Origin: Ruminococcus sp.
GTDB taxonomy: Bacteria > Bacillota > Clostridia > Oscillospirales > Ruminococcaceae
Length of the DNA stretch: 64,000 nt
Reading direction: 5' to 3'
NCBI GenBank assembly: GCA_015066845.1
Contig: SVNO01000002.1
Span: forward strand, 18,351 to 82,350
A model generated the notes under the pieces. It searched no databases. It was not told the origin of the DNA and was given only the letters and a program-made list of their open reading frames with translations. Positions 8,681 through 18,165 of this stretch are shown piece by piece; position 1 is the stretch's first letter; each line of letters starts with the position of its first letter. Made by a program: the position numbers and the translations under genes.

Positions 8681-10585
8681 TTAGAGCCTGAGTTTTTTTC
8701 GTTCCACCTTATTCGCGTACATCCGCGCGTCTGCCTCATCGAGAATTTCCTGTAAACTGTCATGCTCCGTGACTGTCTTGCAGACATAGCCGAAGCTTGC
8801 GCCGACCTCGTAGGGCTTTTCAGAGGTGGAATTATACCATTTGAACGACTGCGCCATATTGTTCAGGTATTGTGCAATCATCTCCTCGGTATAATCCGCA
8901 CAGCCGACTGCAACAAATTCATCGCCGCCCGTCCGTGCACAGACCTCGCCGTGGTTGAGACAGGTGTTGAGCACATTGGCAGTCACCGAAATGGCATTAT
9001 CGCCCTCAATATGTCCGTATGTATCGTTGATGAGCTTCAGACAGTCCAAATCCGCAGCAATGACGAGGAACGGCTTTCCCGTATTGATGGATTTGGCAAA
9101 CATTTCCGCAGAATACCGCCAGAATCCCTTGCGGTTGAAAAGACCGGTGAGCGTGTCGCGGATGGATGCCATGTAAAGCCGCTGGTGCATACTATTGTAA
9201 ATATTACGCATCCGGACAAATTCCAGCGCGTTGTTCAAATTGCTTGTCCATGTCTGGTAGAGCTTGTCAAAGGCAAGCGGCTGCGTACCGTAGCCGAGTA
9301 CCTCGTAGCCGAAGCAGCGTTCGTTGAAGTGCAGCGGTGTGAAATACCACACGCGCGGAATTACCGATTCCTCGAACAATGCCGGCAGAATGCAGGAACG
9401 GTCAAACGGTTCATCCACAATCGCGCCGTCATGGTCCTTGACCTTGATACGCAGGCGCATGGTGTCCGTGTATTCCCGATAGTCCGTGCCGTTGTTTTCT
9501 TCGCACTCATAATCATCCCACTTGTCGCACATGCACAGGTAATAGTCCGTCATGCCATGCAGCAGGTAGAGAAATCCGGAAATGCGCTCCAGACACATAT
9601 TCAGTGTCTTTGCCGAATTGAGCGATTCTGCCATATGCGAGGTATTGTACAAATCCGCATAATCCGTTGCACTCCGGATGCGCTTCTGGTGGCGAATCAA
9701 CCGCAGCGCGAAATCCTCGCCGCAGCCGCAGCTTTCCGCAGTGATCAGCCGTCCCTTGTCCTCCGATACCGGCTGTACCCGTTCGCCCGTCAGAAGTTCA
9801 TGCGCCTTGAGTACCGCCTGCATTCCCATGCCCGTCAGCGGTCTGGAATAGCTGGTGATGGAGGGCACATTATGGGAGGATTCCTTGGCAGCGTCATAGC
9901 CGGCAATGAGGATGTCCTCCGGTACACGGATGCCCAGTTCAATGAGCCGGTTGCACAGCGACATGGCAACAAAGTCGCTCACGCACACAACCGCTTCCGG
10001 CAGGGGACGTTCTCCGCTTGCGAGCTTCTGCGCAAGGTCGAGAGCCGCCGCTACCCAGAAATCGCCGTAGATGATATTGTTGCTGTTGATGGGCAGTCCA
10101 TGCCGGCGCATTGCCTGACAATAGCCTTTCAGACGTGCTTCCGCCTGCATATTATGCTGGAAACCAGTCAGACATACAATGTCCTGTAAATGATGGTGTT
10201 CAATCAGATGGGACACCAGCTCATCAAAGCCCTGTACATCATCCACGCCCACATTGTAGTACTGCGGTTCGTCAAATTCCAGTGCAATCACAGGAGCTTT
10301 GCACTTTGTCTTCAGACTTTGGTCAAACAGCTCCCGCTGTGCAAGCTTGCTTGCGGAGTTGGGAATGTAGATTACCGCTTCAAACAGGTCATAATTGATG
10401 ATTTTGAAAATATTATTTTCACCGTACTGGTAATTGGTTTCCTCATCAAAATTCATGAACATGGTAAAGACGGCGACATCATAATTCAGCGCGTGTGCCT
10501 GCTGGATGATGCCTTTCAGGATGCGCTGCTGGTAGGTATGGTAGACATCACAGATGATGACCGCAATACGCTTACGATTTTTCAT
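8681..10585 (-). CDS. Diguanylate cyclase with an N-terminal LacI-type periplasmic-binding-protein-like sugar-binding domain (no HTH, no TM)
   Basis: RIAVIICDVYHTYQQRILKGIIQQA...VVCVSDFVAMSLCNRL resembles the PBP1/LacI ligand domain. C-terminal GGDEF domain (LTGLFNRKGF, ARTGGDEFVAVG). Confidence 0.85.
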   Translation of the reverse strand: MKNRKRIAVIICDVYHTYQQRILKGIIQQAHALNYDVAVFTMFMNFDEETNYQYGENNIFKIINYDLFEAVIYIPNSASKLAQRELFDQSLKTKCKAPVIALEFDEPQYYNVGVDDVQGFDELVSHLIEHHHLQDIVCLTGFQHNMQAEARLKGYCQAMRRHGLPINSNNIIYGDFWVAAALDLAQKLASGERPLPEAVVCVSDFVAMSLCNRLIELGIRVPEDILIAGYDAAKESSHNVPSITSYSRPLTGMGMQAVLKAHELLTGERVQPVSEDKGRLITAESCGCGEDFALRLIRHQKRIRSATDYADLYNTSHMAESLNSAKTLNMCLERISGFLYLLHGMTDYYLCMCDKWDDYECEENNGTDYREYTDTMRLRIKVKDHDGAIVDEPFDRSCILPALFEESVIPRVWYFTPLHFNERCFGYEVLGYGTQPLAFDKLYQTWTSNLNNALEFVRMRNIYNSMHQRLYMASIRDTLTGLFNRKGFWRYSAEMFAKSINTGKPFLVIAADLDCLKLINDTYGHIEGDNAISVTANVLNTCLNHGEVCARTGGDEFVAVGCADYTEEMIAQYLNNMAQSFKWYNSTSEKPYEVGASFGYVCKTVTEHDSLQEILDEADARMYANKVERKKLRL

Positions 10586-10726
10586 AATGCTGTTTCCGGT
10601 GCCGGAGCACCAGCCCCTTCTTAACTAGTATACATCTATTGTAACAGATGTTACCCTGATTTACAAGAGATAATTTATAAATTCCAAGTACAGGCTCACA
10701 AAAATTCATGTTGAAATTTGTGCAGG

Positions 10727-13117
10727 TTAACGAAGTGTAACCACTGTTACGCCATCCTCACCCTCGCCGTACAAGCCGTTGCGGAATTCCTTGACGCATT
10801 TCATCTGGCGCAGCCGCTGCTGTATCGCCTTGCGCAGAAGTCCCGTGCCCTTGCCATGGATGATGGTGACTGTGCCGATATTGGCAAGCACCGCGCTGTC
10901 AATGAATCGCTCCATTTCATACACGCCCTCATCGCAGGCATGACCGCGGATATCCAGCTCCATTGAGCCTTTTCGTGCGATTTTCGCTGAAACATTGCCT
11001 TTTTTGCGCTGCTGCTTCTTCTTGTCGTTTTCCTGTGCCTTTTTCTTGTCAAGCAGCCGCAGACGGGAAATCTGGATTTTCATTTTCATCAGCCCCATCT
11101 GCACGAATACAAAATCGGACTGTCCCGGCGGCTCTGCAATCGTACCTTCCTGATTGAGGTCTGCAATGAGAACACGGTCGCCCTTTTGCAGCGGACGCGG
11201 CAGCACATAATCGCCGTTTTCGTTCGTACTGCCCAGAACGGGGTTGGCATTTTTGTACATACTGCGTAATTTCTGGGTACTGTCGGATTTCGCAGAGGAT
11301 ACGCGGTTTGCAAAATCAGCCTTTTCCTTGTCGCGGCGCAGCTGTTCGAGCTCATCAAGCAGAGCATTGGACTGCGCCTTGGTCGATTCCACAATTCGGC
11401 TTGCCTGTGCCGCTGCACGTTCCATGGCTTCCTTTTCCTCCGCAGCAATGCTGTCACGCTTTGCCTGCCATTCCTCCTGAAGCTGCTGTGCCTGTGCACG
11501 GAGTCTTGCTGCCTCCTCGCGCTCCTGTTCGAGAGCCTTGCGTGCCTCGTCAAAACGTGCAATGACATTTTCAAAATGCCGGTTTTCCTCGCTGATGAGG
11601 GACTGCGCATGTCTGAGGATGGATGCGGGCATACCCAGCTGACCGGAAATGGCAAATGCGTTGGATTTACCCGGTGAACCGAGAATCAGCCGATAAGTCG
11701 GACGCATGGCATCCGTATCAAATTCGCAGGACGCATTGATAACATCGGGTGTATCCGCCGCATAGAGCTTCAGCTCCTGATAATGCGTTGTCACCATCAG
11801 CTTTGCGCCGAGCTGCTTGAGATAGTCAATGATGGAAATGGCAAGTGCCGCGCCCTCCACAGGGTCAGTACCGGAGCCAAGCTCATCGAGCAGGACAAGG
11901 GTACTGTCGTCGGCAGTTTCGAGAATTTCTACCACATTGAGCGTGTGGGAAGAAAATGTGGAAAGACTCTGCTCAATGCTCTGGCTGTCGCCAATGTCTG
12001 CCAGAATATGCCGGAAAACCGAAATCCGGCTGCCATCCGTTACGGGAATGAGGAAACCGCACATGGTCATTGCCGTGAGCAGTCCTGCCGTTTTCAGGGC
12101 AACGGTCTTACCGCCCGTGTTCGGGCCTGTGACAATGAGCGCGTTGTGTACCTCGCCGAGTGCAAGGTCGATCGGCACTGCCTTTTTCTGGTCGAGCAGG
12201 GGATGCCGTGCCTTTTTCAGCTCCATAATGCCGTCATCGCTGATTTCCGGCTTGACAGCCTTGAGGGATGCCGCGTAATTTGCCTTGGCGAAATAATAGT
12301 TCAGTTCCGCACAGGTTTCATGCATCCGCCGCAGTGCCGGAGCCTGTGCACCGACTGCCGCGCAGAGTTTCTGCATGATGCGGTCGATTTCCTCCAGTTC
12401 ACGGCTTTCCAGCAGACGAATATCATTGTTCGCCTCCACGATCTGCATCGGTTCAATGAAAATCGTCTGACCGCTGGAGGATGTGTCGTGAATCAGACCT
12501 GCCACCTGTCCGCGGTATTCCGTTTTGACGGGGAGCACAAACCGTCCGTCACGGAGGGTAACGGTCGTTTCCTGCAAGTACTTCTGCATGGATTTCGAGT
12601 GCACCATTTTATCCAGAGTTTCGCGCAGATGGGAACGTGATCGCTGGAGTTTGCGGCGGATTTCGGCAAGCGTCGGGCTTGCCGCGTCCGCAATTTCTTC
12701 CTCGGACACGATGGAACGGTCGAGGGTGGAAAGCAGCGCGTCATCGGGAACGATGAGCGAGAATAAGTAATCGAGTGAGGTTGCCGATTCGCTGCAATGC
12801 CCGTACCAGCTGTGCAGGGATTGTACCTGCCGCAGGAGGTCTGCCACATCCAGTAAATCACGCAGGGAAAGCCGTGCGCCGGATGCTGCGCGTGTGACGC
12901 TGTTGCAGATATTCCGGAAGCCCGAAAAGGGCGGTGTGCCGAATTGCATTGCAAGCCGGAGCGCGTCATCAGTTTTTTCCACCTCTGCGCGCACCTGTGC
13001 AAGGTCGCTGCTCGGCTTGCAGGCAAGCATCATGCCGCGGCTGGTTTCATTCGAGGTGAATGCCGCTGCCTGCTGCAATACCTTGTCAAGCTCTAAAACC
13101 TGTTCAAAAGACTTCAT
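10727..13117 (-). CDS. mutS2: Endonuclease MutS2 (MutS ATPase plus C-terminal Smr domain)
   Basis: Walker A GPNTGGKTV, DELGSGTDP, coiled-coil middle region, C-terminal Smr (LDIRGHACDEG...IIHGKGTGLLRKAI); AGGAGG RBS. Confidence 0.95.
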   Translation of the reverse strand: MKSFEQVLELDKVLQQAAAFTSNETSRGMMLACKPSSDLAQVRAEVEKTDDALRLAMQFGTPPFSGFRNICNSVTRAASGARLSLRDLLDVADLLRQVQSLHSWYGHCSESATSLDYLFSLIVPDDALLSTLDRSIVSEEEIADAASPTLAEIRRKLQRSRSHLRETLDKMVHSKSMQKYLQETTVTLRDGRFVLPVKTEYRGQVAGLIHDTSSSGQTIFIEPMQIVEANNDIRLLESRELEEIDRIMQKLCAAVGAQAPALRRMHETCAELNYYFAKANYAASLKAVKPEISDDGIMELKKARHPLLDQKKAVPIDLALGEVHNALIVTGPNTGGKTVALKTAGLLTAMTMCGFLIPVTDGSRISVFRHILADIGDSQSIEQSLSTFSSHTLNVVEILETADDSTLVLLDELGSGTDPVEGAALAISIIDYLKQLGAKLMVTTHYQELKLYAADTPDVINASCEFDTDAMRPTYRLILGSPGKSNAFAISGQLGMPASILRHAQSLISEENRHFENVIARFDEARKALEQEREEAARLRAQAQQLQEEWQAKRDSIAAEEKEAMERAAAQASRIVESTKAQSNALLDELEQLRRDKEKADFANRVSSAKSDSTQKLRSMYKNANPVLGSTNENGDYVLPRPLQKGDRVLIADLNQEGTIAEPPGQSDFVFVQMGLMKMKIQISRLRLLDKKKAQENDKKKQQRKKGNVSAKIARKGSMELDIRGHACDEGVYEMERFIDSAVLANIGTVTIIHGKGTGLLRKAIQQRLRQMKCVKEFRNGLYGEGEDGVTVVTLR

Positions 13118-13126
13118 AAAGCCTCC

Positions 13127-13882
13127 TTATATGGAATCCATGGGCGATTGTACCGCCCGATAATAGTCGAGTGCCGGAAAATGGTGGTCAATGTGGTATT
13201 GCAGAAATTGCTCTGCAAAGGACGAAAGCACAGTCATGCATTCTTCCTGCAGCCGGAACGAAAATATGCGTTCAAGCTCCTGCAATACAATATGGCGCAC
13301 CGCCTGCAGCACTGCTGCCGGCATTTCTATGCCATGCGCTTCCTGTGCACAGTCGGTGCAGCAGAAGCTTCCCTCCTCAATGGAGAAATGCAGCTGTTTT
13401 GGCAGGTATTCACCGCATTTGCGGCACATCACCACATCGGGCATAAAACCAAGGAGTGCCGCCATGCGCAGCTCAAAAATGCATTTGAGCATGGTTTCCG
13501 GATATGTCTGTTCTGAAAGAAAATGCAGGCAATTGAGAAAAAGCCGCTGAATTTCGCGGTTGCTTGCCTGCGGCAGAACGGAAAACTGAATAATCTGGGA
13601 AAAATACGAGGCAAGTGCAACCGCTGTCAGGCTGTCGCGCAGCTCGTAGAAAATCCGGATGGGGGAAACGCTGTCGAGCATGTAGCCGCGCTTTCCCTTG
13701 CGCAGACAAAAGGCGGAATATGCAAACAACTGTGTTGCACATCCGCTTTTGCTGCTGATTTTGCCCGCGCCCTTGACCAGAACTTCAAGAACACCAAGTT
13801 CATCTGTCAGAATATCAATAAACCTGTCCTGCTCACCAACCGGTTTTTGCGTCAGTACAACGCCCTTCACTGTCAGTAGCAC
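13127..13882 (-). CDS. recO: DNA repair protein RecO
   Basis: OB-fold N-terminus (KGVVLTQKPVGEQDRFIDILT) and zinc motif CRKCGE...CCTDC. The ORF extends to 13924 (TTG), but the GTG at 13882 has an AAGGAAG RBS, so the start is uncertain. Confidence 0.8.
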   Translation of the reverse strand: MLLTVKGVVLTQKPVGEQDRFIDILTDELGVLEVLVKGAGKISSKSGCATQLFAYSAFCLRKGKRGYMLDSVSPIRIFYELRDSLTAVALASYFSQIIQFSVLPQASNREIQRLFLNCLHFLSEQTYPETMLKCIFELRMAALLGFMPDVVMCRKCGEYLPKQLHFSIEEGSFCCTDCAQEAHGIEMPAAVLQAVRHIVLQELERIFSFRLQEECMTVLSSFAEQFLQYHIDHHFPALDYYRAVQSPMDSI

Positions 13883-14026
13883 TGGTTCTTCCTTTCTCAG
13901 CGGCATATTGCAGATAATCCGCAATACTGCCGGTTCGGGTAAATTGTTCCCAAAATTGCTCTGTCTGCATAGGACATCCCTCCGCCGATAGTATCCGCTG
14001 GAGGGATGCAGATTATCACTGGGATA

Positions 14027-14920
14027 TCATTCCTCGGACAGTCCGAAGCTGCGAATCAGCCTTTCCTTGTTGCGCCAGCCTTCCTTGACCTTGACAAAGC
14101 ACTGGAGGTTGACCTGAATTTCAAAGAACTGCTCCAGATCCCGTCTTGCGGAGCTTGCAATTTTTTTGAGCATACTGCCCTGCTTGCCGATGACAATGCC
14201 CTTGTGGGAATCACGTTCGCAGTAGATCACCGCGGAAATATCGAGAATATCCTTGTCCTCGCGCTCCGTCATGGATTCCACCGTTACGGCAATGCCATGG
14301 GGTACTTCTTCATTGAGCAGGCGCAGGAGCTTTTCACGAATCATCTCCGCTGCCAGTACGCGTTCCGGCTGGTCGGTAAAGGAATCATCCGGAAAGAAAT
14401 GCACCGAGGGCTTTGCAAGCTCCTGTGCTGCCTGCATGATCTGGTCGATGCCGTCCTTCTGGGACGCGCTGACCGGAATGATGGCATGGGGCTGATATTC
14501 GTTGTTCAGCCGCAGCAGCAGGGGCATCATCACGGATTTGTCCTGCAAAAGGTCCACCTTGTTGACCACGATAATGCAGGCAATTTTCTTGTCGCGGATG
14601 GTTTTCAGCATGGCTTCATCCTGTTCATGCAGCTTCTTGGTGCAGTCAATGACATAGAGCACCGCGTCCGCGTCCACTGCCGAGCTTTCCGCTGTCTTGA
14701 GCATATGTGTACTCAGCTTGTTCTTGGGCTTGTGCAGACCGGGAGTGTCAATGAACACATACTGCGTATCGCCTTCGGTCAGAATGCCCGTAATGCGTGT
14801 GCGCGTGGTCTGGGATTTGCTGCTGACTGCCGCGATCTTCTCGCCGATGAGTGCGTTGAGCAGTGTGGATTTGCCGGCATTCGTTCTGCCGGAGAGCGTC
14901 AGAAATATTGTTTTTGACAT
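14027..14920 (-). CDS. era: GTPase Era
   Basis: GRTNAGKSTLLNAL, DTPGLH, NKVD and a C-terminal KH domain (GKQGSMLKKI); AAGGAAAGGA RBS. Confidence 0.95.
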   Translation of the reverse strand: MSKTIFLTLSGRTNAGKSTLLNALIGEKIAAVSSKSQTTRTRITGILTEGDTQYVFIDTPGLHKPKNKLSTHMLKTAESSAVDADAVLYVIDCTKKLHEQDEAMLKTIRDKKIACIIVVNKVDLLQDKSVMMPLLLRLNNEYQPHAIIPVSASQKDGIDQIMQAAQELAKPSVHFFPDDSFTDQPERVLAAEMIREKLLRLLNEEVPHGIAVTVESMTEREDKDILDISAVIYCERDSHKGIVIGKQGSMLKKIASSARRDLEQFFEIQVNLQCFVKVKEGWRNKERLIRSFGLSEE

Positions 14921-14947
14921 AACTGTCCTTTCCTTGTGGTGCAGAAT

Positions 14948-15457
14948 TTATTCGGTGACAAACGTCATATCTCTGGAAATGCCGAGCTTTTCAAGCACAG
15001 CCTCCTCCTTTTCACGCATAATGCGTTCGTCAAGCTTGCTTGTTTCGTGGTCATAGCCCAGCAGATGGAGCATGGAATGTACCGTCAGGAATCCGATTTC
15101 ACGGTCAAGGGAATGCCCGTAGATATTTGCCTGCTTGACTGCGGTTTCAATGCAGATGACCACATCTCCCAGCAGCACATAGCCGGTTTCTGCGTTGATT
15201 TCCATTGTACCATCAGAATCGGTCAGCGGAAAGGACAATACATCCGTCACACTGTCCTTGTTGCGGTATACTTTATTCAGGCTCCGGATTTCACTGCCGG
15301 ATACGAAAGAAACACTGACTTCCGCATTCTTGTGGAATCCCTCGGATACCAGTACTGCATGGCAGCAGCGTCTGATGAGCAGACGGATGCCGGAAGGAAT
15401 CCTGACATTGTTCTGCGTGTTTTTCACATAGACCTTTAATTTACCTGTTTGCTGCAT
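14948..15457 (-). CDS. ybeY: rRNA maturation endoribonuclease YbeY
   Basis: Zinc motif HSMLHLLGYDH. Its start overlaps the phoH stop (TAATG). Confidence 0.9.
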   Translation of the reverse strand: MQQTGKLKVYVKNTQNNVRIPSGIRLLIRRCCHAVLVSEGFHKNAEVSVSFVSGSEIRSLNKVYRNKDSVTDVLSFPLTDSDGTMEINAETGYVLLGDVVICIETAVKQANIYGHSLDREIGFLTVHSMLHLLGYDHETSKLDERIMREKEEAVLEKLGISRDMTFVTE

Positions 15458-16422
15458 TAGAGTTTTCTCCCTTCCTTATAGTAGGCTTCATAAGCCTTAA
15501 TAATGTCCTGTACAATCTTGTGGCGCACAACATCCTTGTCTGAAAAACGGATGGTGGCAATATCGTCCACATTCTTCAATACCTTCATTGCTTCAATCAA
15601 TCCGGATTTGCGCTTTTCCGGCAGGTCGATCTGCGTAATATCACCAGTAATGACCATTTTGCTGCCCTCGCCCAGTCGCGTCAGGCACATTTTGATCTGT
15701 TCGGGCGTGGTGTTCTGCGCTTCGTCAAGGATGATGAATGCATTGTCCAGCGTCCGTCCTCGCATGTAGGCAAGGGGTGCGACTTCAATGACATTCTTTT
15801 CCATATGCCGTGCAAAGGTTTCTGCACCGAACATATCAAAAAGCGCGTCATACAGCGGTCGGAGATACGGGTCAACCTTTTCCTGCAAATCACCCGGCAG
15901 AAAGCCGAGCTTTTCACCGGCTTCCACCGCCGGACGCGTCAGGATGATTTTCTGGATCTCATGCGCACGGAATGCGCGTACTGCCAGCGCAACGGCAAGA
16001 TAGGTCTTACCCGTTCCGGCAGGGCCTACGCCGAGTACGATGGTATTTTTCGCGATAGCATCCACATATTTGCGCTGTCCAACCGTTTTCGGGCGGACAA
16101 CCTTGCCGGATGTGGTTACGCAAATGCCGTCCCCGTTGAAGGTATGCAGTGCCTCCGCTTCACCATCGGATACCATGGAGGTGACATAGCGCACGGTCTG
16201 CTCGGTTAAATGCTGCCCCTTTTCGGCAAGCTCCATCAGCAGACGGATGGCACTTTCGGCTTTTGCAATCTGTTCCGGCTCGCCGCTGATGGTGACATCC
16301 GCACCACGGACGAACAGGATGACTTGATATTCACGCTGGATTGCGTTGAGGTTTTCATCACAGGAGCCGAGAAGCTCCGGAATTTTCGCAGGATTCTGTA
16401 GCTGAATGATTTTTTCTGACAT
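15457..16422 (-). CDS. phoH: PhoH family ATPase
   Basis: Walker A GPAGTGKTYLAVA, IILDEAQN, GDITQIDL. Confidence 0.9.
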   Translation of the reverse strand: MSEKIIQLQNPAKIPELLGSCDENLNAIQREYQVILFVRGADVTISGEPEQIAKAESAIRLLMELAEKGQHLTEQTVRYVTSMVSDGEAEALHTFNGDGICVTTSGKVVRPKTVGQRKYVDAIAKNTIVLGVGPAGTGKTYLAVALAVRAFRAHEIQKIILTRPAVEAGEKLGFLPGDLQEKVDPYLRPLYDALFDMFGAETFARHMEKNVIEVAPLAYMRGRTLDNAFIILDEAQNTTPEQIKMCLTRLGEGSKMVITGDITQIDLPEKRKSGLIEAMKVLKNVDDIATIRFSDKDVVRHKIVQDIIKAYEAYYKEGRKL

Positions 16423-16484
16423 GAATTCACCTGATTCTCTTTCTTTGCAGCCGCAGTGCGCGCCGCAGAATTCTATACTTCTAT

Positions 16485-16514
16485 ATTATAACATATTTTC
16501 TGGTAGAATTGCAA
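16485..16514 (-). promoter_or_regulatory. Candidate sigma-A promoter for phoH-ybeY-era-recO-mutS2 (TTGCAA-18-TATAAT on the minus strand)
   Basis: The reverse complement reads TTGCAA, an 18-nt spacer, then TATAAT, about 55 nt upstream of the phoH start. Confidence 0.5.
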
Positions 16515-16719
16515 TAGGAAAATGCGTTTTTCGTGAAAAAACCGTAAAAATTGTGGAGATTTACAGGGGAAAGGGGAATGTCAAAAATGCAGAGGAGGAA
16601 GAATGACCGAAATTCCGTGGAAATTGCAGAAAATTGCGGACGATGGGATGGGATTCTGCCATGGATTTTCCGGTGCAGAATTCAGTTTTTCAAAAAAACA
16701 AATTATTTTTGAAAAAACA

Positions 16720-16748
16720 CTTGACAAATCCGGAGGAATGCGCTATAA
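16720..16748 (+). promoter_or_regulatory. Sigma-A promoter of infC-rpmI-rplT (perfect TTGACA-17-TATAAT)
   Basis: TTGACA 16720-16725, 17-nt spacer, TATAAT 16743-16748. Confidence 0.8.
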
Positions 16749-16754
16749 TATATA

Positions 16755-16901
16755 ACGAAAACAAAGCAGACACGCTATGTGGCTCACCGTTTGACGACTG
16801 CCGAAACGGTCAATATGTTGTTCCAACCGCTTTTGTGGGGGAATAATATGTGGTGAGTGCAGGCATGTGTCAGCACTCATTTTTGTTTTAAATTTTAATG
16901 C
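16755..16901 (+). promoter_or_regulatory. L20-leader-like transcription attenuator upstream of infC
   Basis: A leader of about 150 nt with a stem ACCGTTT/AAACGGT (about 16785-16810) and an intrinsic terminator (16854-16889). The upstream CTCACC (about 16781) can pair with GGTGAG (16852-16857), which overlaps the terminator's 5' arm, giving a possible antiterminator. Confidence 0.55.
16854..16889 (+). terminator. Leader terminator (attenuator) before infC
   Basis: Stem TGAGTGC/GCACTCA followed by TTTTTGTTTT. Confidence 0.65.
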
Positions 16902-16916
16902 TTGGGGGTGCCCGCA

Positions 16917-17435
16917 ATAAGTAAACAGGACATGCAGATCAATGAAATGATCAGGGACAAGGAAGTTCTCGTCATTGACGCTGACGGCTCAAAGCTGGGC
17001 GAAATGTCGGCAAAGGATGCACAGAAGCTTGCCTATGAGAAGAATCTCGACCTTGTAAAGATTGCACCGCAGGCGAAGCCGCCGGTGTGCCGCATTCTCG
17101 ATTATGGCAAATACTGCTATGAGCAGCAGAAGCGTGAGAAAGAGGCAAGAAAGAATCAGAAAGTCATGACAATCAAGGAGATCAGAATGTTCTCCGCAAT
17201 TGACGACCACGATTTTGAAACCAAGGTCAATCAGGCAATCAAATTTCTCAGCTCTGGCGATAAGCTGAAGGTATCTGTCAGATTCCGCAAACGCGCCATT
17301 GCACATCCGCAGATCGGTGAAGAACTGCTTGCGAAATTCAAGGATGCATGTGCTGAAGTCGGAACGGTTGAAAAACCCGCAAAGATGGAAGGGCGCAGCA
17401 TTGTAATGTTCATATCCCCGAAAGCATCCAAGTAA
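16917..17435 (+). CDS. infC: Translation initiation factor IF-3
   Basis: [23 protein letters not shown]...[17 protein letters not shown] is typical IF-3. The start is ambiguous: TTG 16902, ATA 16917 (6 nt after the SD-like GGGGGTG) or ATG 16932 (poor SD). Confidence 0.9.
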   Translation: MSKQDMQINEMIRDKEVLVIDADGSKLGEMSAKDAQKLAYEKNLDLVKIAPQAKPPVCRILDYGKYCYEQQKREKEARKNQKVMTIKEIRMFSAIDDHDFETKVNQAIKFLSSGDKLKVSVRFRKRAIAHPQIGEELLAKFKDACAEVGTVEKPAKMEGRSIVMFISPKASK

Positions 17436-17451
17436 AAAGGAGGAACTACTC

Positions 17452-17655
17452 ATGGCAAAGGTGAAAGTAAAAACACATTCCGGTGCGAAGAAGCGTTTCA
17501 AGCTGACAGCAAACGGCAAGGTAAAGTATCAGCACACCAACAAGCGTCACAGACTGACACAGAAGGACACAAAGCGTAAGAGAATCGCAAGAGGCGCAGG
17601 CGTTGCAGACGTAACAAATGCACCGACCATCAAGAAGCTCGTTCCCTATCTGTAA
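17452..17655 (+). CDS. rpmI: 50S ribosomal protein L35
   Basis: [33 protein letters not shown]; AGGAGG RBS. Confidence 0.95.
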   Translation: MAKVKVKTHSGAKKRFKLTANGKVKYQHTNKRHRLTQKDTKRKRIARGAGVADVTNAPTIKKLVPYL

Positions 17656-17721
17656 GTCGTAAGGCTCGCAGGAGCGAAGCGTAATCTGACAGTAACATAA
17701 AATATACGGAGGTAGATGACA

Positions 17722-18075
17722 ATGGCACGTATTAAGGGTGCAATGATGACTCGTAAGAGAAGAAATAAGACTCTGAAGCTGGCTAAGGGCTATTTCGGCG
17801 CAAAGAGCAAGCATTTTAAGATGGCGAAGCAGGCTGTGATGAAGTCTGGTCAGTATGCATATGTTGGCAGAAAGCAGAAGAAGAGAAACTTCAGACAGCT
17901 CTGGATCACCAGAATTTCCGCAGCAGCAAAGATGAATGGCATGAACTACTCCACATTCATGAACGGCTGCAAGAAGGCAGGCATCACACTGAACAGAAAG
18001 ATGCTCTCTGAGATTGCAATCAACGATGCAGCAGGCTTTGCAGCAATCGCTGAGAAGGCAAAGGCAGCTCTTTGA
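17722..18075 (+). CDS. rplT: 50S ribosomal protein L20
   Basis: [29 protein letters not shown]...RQLWITRI; GGAGG RBS 9 nt upstream of 17722. Confidence 0.95.
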   Translation: MARIKGAMMTRKRRNKTLKLAKGYFGAKSKHFKMAKQAVMKSGQYAYVGRKQKKRNFRQLWITRISAAAKMNGMNYSTFMNGCKKAGITLNRKMLSEIAINDAAGFAAIAEKAKAAL

Positions 18076-18087
18076 TTTGAATCAAAA

Positions 18088-18120
18088 ACACGCTCTTGAC
18101 TGTGAAAGAGCGTGTTTTGT
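18088..18120 (+). terminator. Intrinsic terminator after rplT
   Basis: Stem ACACGCTCTT/AAGAGCGTGT followed by a T-run. Confidence 0.75.
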
Positions 18121-18165
18121 TATACAAGTTGGTTTTTCACAGAATACCGGAGCAGGAGGCAGCAT

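Noticed and set aside
16603-16761. A 52-codon ORF (MTEIPWKLQKIADDGMGFCHGFSGAEF...) with a GGAGG 4 nt upstream, in the phoH/infC divergent region.
   Set aside because: It runs through the infC -35 and -10 hexamers and through A-rich low-complexity sequence. I recognise no conservation signal, and the RBS spacing is short. It cannot be supported as a gene from sequence alone.
16634-16846. A 70-aa ORF overlapping the infC promoter and leader.
   Set aside because: It spans the -35 and -10 hexamers and the leader stems, and it has no RBS. The region is better explained as regulatory RNA and DNA.
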